A DNA stretch of 59,071 nucleotides from Octopus bimaculoides (lineage: Eukaryota), in contig NC_068995.1 in the NCBI RefSeq assembly GCF_001194135.2, positions 56,698,694-56,757,764 on the forward strand. Direction: 5' to 3'. The notes beneath the pieces were generated by a model, which was not told the DNA's origin, searched no databases, and saw nothing but the letters and a program-made list of their open reading frames with translations. How positions within the stretch are numbered: position 1 is the first letter of the stretch; each line of letters opens with the position of its first letter. Positions 48,991 to 59,071 of this stretch are shown here, piece after piece. The translations under genes were made by a program, and so were the position numbers.

Positions 48991-50872
48991 AAAGCTTGTA
49001 ATATAGACTCAACTTTGCATTATATGACCTGGGGTATATTTTCTGGGGGGAAAAAATGGGTGTCTCATATTGTAAGACGGATAGAAATATTGGACACATT
49101 CCAATTTGAGCAGTGCAAATTCATGAAAAAACAGCTCTTAGAGCAGTAAAGCATGAAATATATGCTCAACTTCTCACAGAATTCCCAGGGTGGTCTTATG
49201 AGATATTTTTTTTTTAAATTGCATTTTATATGCCATCGAATATGGTAAGCTTTACTGAGCAGTATTTTATATAAAATAAATGATGGTGTGCTTTAATGAC
49301 TACCCGGGTACATTTGAGGGTTCAGAACCAGAGCAAAAAGACCACAAAAGGGATGGAAAGAATGTGGTTGCAGTGTGAGGCTAGCACATACCTTGACTAC
49401 ATGTCTCTGGCTGTTAAAATGATTAACACCTTTCAGTATCTGCCTAAAAGAATAATCTGGGTCATTCTGACAATATAGTACCTGTATCTGACTTTCTCTT
49501 CCTGCAACTGACTCCCTCCCTCTGCACCCCCCCCCCAATGTAACTCTAAATTTCTATTACATACATGATCACAAACCTTATCGTATAGTAGCAGTTCAGA
49601 AGAAAACAATGAAAAAAAAAAAAGAAAAAATTACTAAATTCTAATTAAAACAATCTTTCAGAAGACATTTACCCCAGAGAATCACACCTCAATTGAAAAT
49701 TAAATTACAGTGATCTAATCACATAATGCTTTTATTTTTAGAAAACAAAAACAAAGTAAGAAATCTAATTTACTTCTTGAAAAATGAATTATGGTTTTAA
49801 AAAGAAAATTCTAAGATCAGAAGCTGCTCTTTATTTATTTTCTTGCCCCCACCCCCAGCCAACCAACCAACCAACACTGTCCTGTAACACCTACATTCTT
49901 ACTAATATATCTTCTCTGAATGTCAGTAGGGTACAAATACGAAAATTACTGAACACACACATACACGCACATACATTTTAGCAATAGTAATTTGGTTATT
50001 TTGGTATGCATCATATATTGTAATGAGAGATTAAATTTGGAGCTTGGACTTATACATGTGGTTAATATTTCCAAAAATTTTATTTAGCAACCACAGAGTA
50101 TTTTCCATGTAATTTTTAAACTGTTGCTTAAATACTTCTACATTTCAATTATAACTATAAATTTTTTGTATATTAATTTATTTTAATAAAGTTGTATTTA
50201 GCATTTAATTTAAAAATGTATATGCAGCTATACATTATCATTGTTTTAACTTTTTAAATTATGCTCTTGTTTTGTATATTTATATATATATATTGCACTT
50301 TCAGTAATCAATATGGGGGACCTAGCTTGGAGCAAGTTTAGTAAGAGTTTGAAATTAATAATCCTGTTAAAGATAGACCTATCAAGCTTTTCTAAAATGT
50401 GGCATCTTGATAAAAACAGGACTTCTAATACTTATTGTACCAGACCAAGTTTGAAAGATGAGAGAGTAGGACTGGCTCTGCACGTTAGAATAATAAACCC
50501 CTGCTGTCTTGTGGAGTATTTTACTGAGCATTTAAAAACAGCCAAAGGATAAACTCCTACAGAAAATATGGGGTGGTGGGGGAGACCCTAGGGCAGATAC
50601 ATATAGTTATACTTAACCAATATCTGGTATCTGCTGCAGTTCCATGGAATCTGCAAAAGTATTCACCTGTCTTTCCTTCATAGTGTATCCATGAGTGTAA
50701 AGGTGACAAGAGTTCTTGGCTCGAGGCACATGTTTCCAGAAACAACCCAAGCAAAGCAGACAGGGGTTAAGTTAGTGTACCTCTAATAGTATCGATCAAC
50801 AATGGAAACAGCCAACCAAATGAGCTGAAGACGAGAGCAGGATTTTTTAATGTTTTAACATATATATATATA

Positions 50873-51030
50873 TGACAGACTTCTTTCAGTTTCTATCTAC
50901 CAAATCTGCTCACGAGGCTTTCATTGGCCTGAGACAATAAGAGAGACTTGCCTAAGGTGCTCCACAGTGAAACTGAACATGGAACCATGTGCTTGGGAAA
51001 CAAACTTCTTACCACACAGCCACACCTGCA
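50873..51030 (-). mobile_element. SINE family A, 5' half
   Basis: cttctttcagtttctatctaccaaatctgctcacgaggc...ggaaccatgtgcttgggaaacaaacttcttaccacacagccacacctg. Confidence 0.8.
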
Positions 51031-51440
51031 ACTACACACACACACACATATATATATAGACATAGATAAACAGATATGTACAAATGTGTTTGCGTGTGTG
51101 TGTGTATGTATATATATATATATATATATGCATATATATATATGTGCATATGTATGCATATATGTATGTGTATATATATAAACACACACACACATATACA
51201 TATGTGTATGTAGGTGTGTGTTCATGTGTGTGTTTGTGTGTGTGCGAATGACACTGTTTTTCATTGTTGATGTCATGCAGCTTTACTTTTAAAAAAATAC
51301 TACAAAATCACATTTCAAATGAGAAGAACATACTTGACATTTAATGATGTCTAGCAGATGTGCTTATAGAATTTTAGAGGACTTTGTTATTTCATTACAG
51401 TTGGTTCTTCATCTTATTTGTTTCTATTATAATAAAGTCT

Positions 51441-51480
<40 letters not shown>

Positions 51481-51712
51481 TCTATAGGCTGTTTAAGACT
51501 TCCTTGACTGTGGCACAGTGACAAGAGGATAATGTCAGTAAGGTTGCAACAGTTAATGTTATGTGTGAAGTTTTGAAGGTCAGTTGAGATGTAAAAAAAA
51601 AAACCCAAGGCAAGAAAGAGGACTGGTTTGGAAGGGATGCTGTTATAGAAGATGAGAATAGGGCAATGATAGAAAAGGGAACAAGTGAAACGAAAATATT
51701 TACATCAGCAAT

Positions 51713-51930
51713 GGTGGCAAGCCGGCAGAAACGTTAGCAGCCGGGCGAAATGCTTAGCGGTATTTCGTTTGTATTTATGTTCTGAGTTCAAATTCCGCTG
51801 AAGTCGACTTTGCCTCTCATCCTTTCAGGGTCAATAGATTAAGTACTAGTTGTGTACTGGGGTTGATCTAATCAACTGGCCTCCACTCCGCCAAAATTTC
51901 AGGCTTTGTGCCAAGAGAAGAAAAGATATT
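51713..51930 (+). mobile_element. tRNA-derived SINE family B, full length and well preserved
   Basis: ggtggcaagccggcagaaacgttagc...gagttcaaattccgctgaagtcgactttgcctctcatcctttcagggtcaatag...ccaaaatttcaggctttgtgccaagagaagaaaagatatt. Confidence 0.85.
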
Positions 51931-52069
51931 GCATCAGTGGTTCTCAACTGGGGCCCATAAGGCTCTTGGGAGTCCATATTAGATTGTTGTTGTTGTCAAT
52001 AACAAATACACAAAATACTTTATCACAATTCCTAATGATTTTCAAATATAAAAAAAGGATTCTTTGAAC

Positions 52070-52300
52070 AGTTGTGGCTATGTGGTAAGAAGCTTGCTTC
52101 CCAACCACATGGTTCTAGGTTCTGTTTCACTCCATGGCACCTAGGGCAAATGTCTTCTATTATAGCCTCGGGCCAACCAAAGGCTTGTGAGTGGATTTGG
52201 TAGTGAGAAACTGAAAGAAGCCCATTGTGTATGTATATATATATAATATATGTATGTATCTATGAGTGTTTGTGTCTGTGTTGTCCACCACCACCACTTG
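52070..52300 (+). mobile_element. SINE family A
   Basis: gtggctatgtggtaagaagcttgcttcccaaccacatggttctaggttc...gcctcgggccaaccaaaggcttgtgagtggatttggtag...aactgaaagaagccc. Confidence 0.85.
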
Positions 52301-52357
52301 TAATTGAGTTACTCCCCCCCCCACACAATTTCAAGCCTAGTGCTTATAGTAAGAAGG

Positions 52358-52402
<45 letters not shown>

Positions 52403-52469
52403 TGACATTTGTTACCATCAAGCATATTTCTACTGCAAATTCATTATTGTTATTATTATTATTATCATT

Positions 52470-52525
<56 letters not shown>

Positions 52526-52741
52526 CATTATTATTATTATTATTATGAATAGTTAAAAGCTAGTGGACATACACAACACATGGACAGAGTGGAAAATCAC
52601 TAGCAACACATGAACTTGAATATTTTGAATGCTACAGCTTTCATCTTTTGAAGAATAAATCAAGTTATGAATGCCAACCAAATTCTTGACAATTATATAA
52701 TTCTTGACAAAAATCATAAAAAAATTTCATGACACATACAC

Positions 52742-52779
<38 letters not shown>

Positions 52780-53103
52780 TGTGTGAATATAAATATATAT
52801 ATTTATATAAACATCAAGATACACAAAAAAAAAACTCATTCAAAGATTTAAAAGTCTGTCCTACAAATAATGATTTAAAATAGATACGTAAGTTTTGATT
52901 GTTTTAAAATATTCGATAAATCTCAAGAAACATGAAATGATGACAGCTATTGTTTTGAAATGTTGGAGCCACTAAAATATAAAGAAATATATTCTCACTA
53001 ATTCAGGTACTCTATAACCGAAATAAAGATATTGGATATATTCTTCAATATATTCCTTTCCTTCAAGTCTAATTATTTCATGTTTTATGTGTAGTTTCTT
53101 TTC

Positions 53104-53134
<31 letters not shown>

Positions 53135-53464
53135 ACACAGATATATATATATATACACATACATACATACACATGTATATATAATTGTGTCTATATGTGT
53201 GTAAAGTAGGATTCATGTGAGATTGTGACAAGCAAAGGAATCAACTTAAATTTTAAATTCCAATATTTATAATTGAAAGCTGAATAAACTTTCCGTCTTT
53301 TAGTCCATGGTCTTTGAACAAGCTGTTCACTTCTCTTAGGTTACGTTTCTGAAACATTTTTCATTCTTTTTTTTTTTTTCGTTTCTTTTTTCTTTTTATC
53401 CTGAGAGATTAACATTACTTTTTCATTTTTCATGTTATATTAACGTGCTGGGATTTGCAACAGA

Positions 53465-53553
53465 GAATGTGTGTGTGTATATATATGCATATGTATCTGT
53501 GTGTGTGTGTGTGTGTATATATGCATATGTATCTGTGTGTGTGTGTGTGTGCT

Positions 53554-53605
<52 letters not shown>
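53465..53605. repeat. Tandem copies of gtgtatatatgcatatgtatct(gt)n followed by (TA)n
   Basis: Two copies of the unit, read directly. Confidence 0.8.
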
Positions 53606-53607
<2 letters not shown>

Positions 53608-54204
53608 TATATATTATAAGCTTTCACCATATATTGACAATAGAAAATAGTCAAATGTTAGGGCTTATAAACTCACATAATGGCAAAAAATGGGCATTAG
53701 TACGCATAGCAAGGAAACCCACACCTCTTATTGTTACAATGACTGTATTTACTGAATATATATACATACATACACATGCACACATATACATTTATATGTA
53801 TATATATACATATGTACTAATGTGAGTATATGGAAAACCATGTGTTAAATATAATTGTTTTTTTTAGAAATTATGTATTAATGCATGGGTGTGTGTGGAT
53901 ACATGAATGAGTGTGTGTGAGCGTGTGTGTGTGTGTGTGTACATATATGGATATATAAGATTTTTCTGTGAAGATGCTTTGTGCATGCATATCTACACCC
54001 ACTGTCTGTGTGCATGTTTTGCATGTGTATATATTTTTGCATATATTGTTATTTATACATATATGTTTTTGCCTAGAGGTGCATATATTGAATGTGTGTG
54101 TGCATGTATGTGAGTGGAAAAGAATAATACTTAAAAAGAATAATAAACATGCGATGTAGATTTATAACACTTCAGAGGAATGTTGGTTCCATTCAGACAG
54201 ACAT

Positions 54205-54420
54205 TCTTTTAGTCTTTGACTCGTTTCAGTCATCTGACTGCAGCCATGCTGGAGCAGTACTTTTAGTCGAATAAATCAACCCCAGGACTTGTTCTTTGTA
54301 AGTCTAGTAGTTATTCTATCGGTCTCTTTTGCCGAACCATTAAGTTAAGGGGATGTAAACACACCAACACCGGTTTTCAAGCAATGGTGGGAGGGGACAA
54401 ACACAGACACACATGTATAC
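54205..54420 (-). mobile_element. SINE family A, 3' half, running into (TA)n and a gap
   Basis: gactcgtttcagtcatctgactgcagccatgctggagc...accccaggacttgttctttgtaagtctagtagttattctatcggtctcttttgccgaacc. Confidence 0.85.
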
Positions 54421-55808
54421 ATACATACATAAATACATCCATATATATGTATATATATGTATATATATGTATATATATATGTATATATATATGTATATAT
54501 ATATATATGTATATATATGTATATATATGTATATATATGTATATATATATGTATATATATATATATANNNNNNNNNNNNNNNNNNNNNNNNNNNNNNNNN
54601 NNNNNNNNNNNNNNNNNNNNNNNNNNNNNNNNNNNNNNNNNNNNNNNNNNNNNNNNNNNNNNNNNNNNNNNNNNNNNNNNNNNNNNNNNNNNNNNNNNNN
54701 NNNNNNNNNNNNNNNNNNNNNNNNNNNNNNNNNNNNNNNNNNNNNNNNNNNNNNNNNNNNNNNNNNNNNNNNNNNNNNNNNNNNNNNNNNNNNNNNNNNN
54801 NNNNNNNNNNNNNNNNNNNNNNNNNNNNNNNNNNNNNNNNNNNNNNNNNNNNNNNNNNNNNNNNNNNNNNNNNNNNNNNNNNNNNNNNNNNNNNNNNNNN
54901 NNNNNNNNNNNNNNNNNNNNNNNNNNNNNNNNNNNNNNNNNNNNNNNNNNNNNNNNNNNNNNNNNNNNNNNNNNNNNNNNNNNNNNNNNNNNNNNNNNNN
55001 NNNNNNNNNNNNNNNNNNNNNNNNNNNNNNNNNNNNNNNNNNNNNNNNNNNNNNNNNNNNNNNNNNNNNNNNNNNNNNNNNNNNNNNNNNNNNNNNNNNN
55101 NNNNNNNNNNNNNNNNNNNNNNNNNNNNNNNNNNNNNNNNNNNNNNNNNNNNNNNNNNNNNNNNNNNNNNNNNNNNNNNNNNNNNNNNNNNNNNNNNNNN
55201 NNNNNNNNNNNNNNNNNNNNNNNNNNNNNNNNNNNNNNNNNNNNNNNNNNNNNNNNNNNNNNNNNNNNNNNNNNNNNNNNNNNNNNNNNNNNNNNNNNNN
55301 NNNNNNNNNNNNNNNNNNNNNNNNNNNNNNNNNNNNNNNNNTATATATATGCATGTTGGAAGTAGATCTTCAATGAACAGAGGAGAATATTCCATGACTT
55401 TTGCAATTCCATAAACAAATGGCGATGAAGACAGAAGAGGGGAGAGAAAGTTAAGATGAGATTTGATTGATAGATTATAAGGAAATATGAGTGAGAAATG
55501 TCTTATGATGATGATAACGATTACGTTGATTATGATGATGATGATGATGATGATAAGATGTTACCAATGATTATACCGAAATGAAGATTAAAAACAAGAA
55601 ACGAATAAAAAATGGGAACTAAACTAACCAATTGGGGTATAATGTTACCAGTACAACTGTAGTTATCAACAACATCAACAATAACAGTAACAACAATAAT
55701 AATGGATAAAAAACTGAATGAAAATAGCTAAATAAAGAAATTTATCGTAATTCTTACATCTCATGATCATGGCCTCTTTATTAATACAAAAACTGAATAT
55801 ATATATAC

Positions 55809-55927
<119 letters not shown>

Positions 55928-56085
55928 CAAAATTATATGCATACTCATATATGTATATATACATACACATGTATATATACATATACATGCATATATCAAT
56001 ATATATATATGGTTGTTCAAAGAATAACAAGGTATGTATTTATTAAAAGCATCCATGACATTTTTATTATTCTGTCATATTTATG

Positions 56086-56126
<41 letters not shown>

Positions 56127-56510
56127 TATTATTATAATATTTTTTTTATTTTTTTGTTGGGAGAGAGATTGGTCCAGAAAGTAACTGCTCTCGTGAGACT
56201 TGTTTATACTGTATGAGTATGAATATATTACCAATTACGAAAATTAGACCCAGAGTTCTTTTAGTTGAAACCAATTAAACCATTTTAAGGTACAAAACTT
56301 ATTGTGTTTCATGTTCAGAGCAAAAAAACAAAAAAAGAAAAACACTATAAAGATTAAAATAAAAAAATACAATCTAGTATTGTTATGGTAACATTTTTTA
56401 AGTAATCATTTGTTGCACAAAAGCTATTTTCATAACGCACACAAACATGTGTCCGTGTGTGTGTAAATATATATATGTGTATGTGTGTGAGTGTATGTGC
56501 GCATACATAG

Positions 56511-56573
<63 letters not shown>

Positions 56574-57295
56574 TGTATGAAAGTTCTGGAAAATAAGGCA
56601 GAAGAGTAACAGCCCAAATGCTCAGTTGATGATAACAACAACAATGAAATGTCTTGCAAAAATAGTTCTTTTGACAAGTTGTAGAATATGACCAGAAAAA
56701 TTTCAACTGTTGACAATCTGAAGATATTTTTCTGAAAGATGATGGTAAAGTACAGACTGGCATTTGCTATTATAGATGGGAAGAAATAAAGAAAGATGGG
56801 GAAAAAATAATCACACACACAAACAAAGATAATGAATGAGAGATGGTATAAATGCAAGTAACTGTATGAATTAAGAGACAAAGCAAAAATAGCAGAGGCT
56901 AACTTCTGTGTGTGTGTGTGTGTGTGTGTGAGTGCATATATATATGGGTGTGTTTTAGGTGTTCATGTGAGAGAGACAGAGAGAGAGATGAAAAAAGAGG
57001 GATGAAATAAAAACTTATCAATAGAAACATTGCAGTAATAAAGAGACAAAAACTAAGATTAAACGCATAAAACATACAAGAATAAATTCCAGAGATAACA
57101 ACACCAACAACAACATGACAAGACTCCACTCCCACTGCCGACAATGACAGGACCATAACCAACATCACCAGCAACAACAATACCATGAAGATCACTAGTT
57201 TCCATCAACACAACCTCCAACTAAATCCCTGCCACCAAATTTTTGGCTGTGCATGAAAACTAGAACCAAGTTATTTATATTATTTTTATTATCCT

Positions 57296-57490
57296 GAGGC
57301 AGGAAGCTGCCAGAATTGTTAGCACTGGAGACAAAATGTTTAGTTGCATTTCATCTGTCTTTACATTCTGATTTCAAATTCTGCCAAGGTTAACTTTGTC
57401 TTTCATCCATTCAGGGGTCAATAAAATAAACGCCAGTTGATCCCTCAAGTTGATGTAACAACTTACTCTGCTCCTAAAACTGCTGGTCCT
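57296..57490 (+). mobile_element. SINE family B
   Basis: ggcaggaagctgccagaattgttagcac...tttacattctgatttcaaattctgccaaggttaactttgtctttcatccattcaggggtcaataaaataa. Confidence 0.75.
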
Positions 57491-57584
57491 GATCCTTCTG
57501 AATCATCCAACCTGTAGTTGTAGGGAAACTGGTCATAAGAGGATGATGATGATACATGCACCCATGTATGTATATATATGTATG

Positions 57585-57747
57585 ATGAGCTTCTGCACAG
57601 TTTCATCCTTCTGATGTCCACTTAGAAGGTACTAGTAAACTTGGTGGTATCATAGAAGATATTCACAGAATATGTTGTAGAGCAGAACCAAATTTGGAAC
57701 CAAGTGGTTATGAAGCAAACTTCTTAGCTACATGGCCATGCCTGTAC
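57585..57747 (-). mobile_element. SINE family A, 5' half, diverged
   Basis: gatgagcttctgcacagtttc...catagaagatatt...ggaaccaagtggttatgaagcaaacttcttagctacatggccatgcctg. Confidence 0.6.
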
Positions 57748-58146
57748 CTACACAAACAAATACATTTACTGAAGAATTCTCTCTCTACAAACTCTGCTTA
57801 CTAGAAGTCTTGAACTTGTTGCTTATATTAAACCTTAGGCTTTCCACAGAAATTCTATGACTTTATTTCCTTTTTGTTTTATGATCTGTTTCTCATTTTC
57901 CTTTCCTCAGTTCCCTTAGAATGACCAACAATGGATCCATAAACTGCCGTAAGACGACGACAGATTTTAATGAGAACACTGCACAAAAGAGTCCAGTTAG
58001 AGAAAGGGGAAGGATAAATATTATTAGTAAATATCATGTAAACATAAAAACAAAAAAACAAAAAAAGAAATTCATGATTCTATTCAAAGACCCTCAGCAG
58101 GACAGAGACAATTATATTAAGGAGCATCAAAACACAAAACAAAAAC

Positions 58147-58189
<43 letters not shown>

Positions 58190-58998
58190 AAGAGAGAGAG
58201 ATATAGATACACACACACATAAATATATGTACACACACACATAAATATATGTGCATACACACATACATACACATGAACCAAAATTATTCTAGAGGAAAAT
58301 TCTATATACTTAAAAGACAACAAAAAAAAAAGGCACCACAAATTTTGAAGAAAGAAACCTATGAAAGACTGGTAAATAATAATAAAACAAAATACTCTGA
58401 AAAAGTAAACAAAATGACACCTTTGGCATTGAAAGAAAGAATTCCACTACAGGGATGTAAGATGGAAGCAAACAAACGAATAAGTAAATAAATATTCAAA
58501 GGATCACAGAGCAATCTTTATCAACAAAGGCTAAAGAAGATGTGTGTGTGTGGGTGTGTATTTCTATCTACAGAGATAATGAGTGAGAGGGAGACTGTTT
58601 AGCATTTCATGAAGTAAAGATTGGTCATTCTTATTAGAGGAATATACAGAATCAATAATTGAAGTTGCTGTTGTTGTTGTTGGTGGTGATGGTGGTGATG
58701 GCAATGGAGGTTGCAGAGAGGAAGGATGAAAACAAGATAATTCAAAAAGAAGTAACAAAAAAAAGAAACAAAAAACCTTCAGAGTGAAATTTGATGGATA
58801 GAAACTGCATAGCTGCCCATCATGTACGTGTCTGTGTATTGCCCTTTTTTCATGCCCTGATGATTTTACACCCAAGATAGTTTGAAATGCAAGATTATAT
58901 ATTTATATAGGTTTTGTAGTTTAAATTGGATGCGAAATGAGACAATTGTAGGTGAAGATCTTAATTAATTAATAAATTAATTTGTATCCATTTTCAAA

Positions 58999-59047
<49 letters not shown>

Positions 59048-59071
59048 GTAATAACAACAACAATATATATA

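Noticed and set aside
50185-50190. AATAAA followed by GT/T-rich sequence as a poly(A) site
   Set aside because: The hexamer is very frequent in this AT-rich window, and there is no associated terminal exon.

Overview
This is an AT-rich animal genomic scaffold with six N-gaps (735-1130, 12453-12480, 19117-19591, 25378-25425, 29680-29751, 54568-55341). It is dominated by microsatellites, two tRNA-derived SINE families, RTE- and CR1-type LINE remnants, a TTAA-type MITE family, a Penelope-like end and a mariner fragment. The repeat repertoire looks like Octopus or another coleoid cephalopod; this is inference from recognition, not a search. Almost all ORFs in the supplied track are artefacts of microsatellites, gaps or decayed transposons. 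I can support only one host coding exon: a 147-nt minus-strand exon (7150-7296) with canonical splice sites, encoding a beta-propeller segment resembling WDR4/Trm82/Wuho. Its partner exons were not found with confidence. I found no rRNA, true tRNA, CRISPR array or prokaryote-type system, and no new biological system is demonstrated. The best leads are a degenerate Penelope-type hammerhead fold, a diverged 110-bp duplication that keeps splice-like and box-like motifs, an intronic foldback, a stop-free mariner DNA-binding-domain fragment, and a MITE whose removal restores a LINE reading frame. Repeat boundaries are approximate, and protein similarities come from remembered family motifs.
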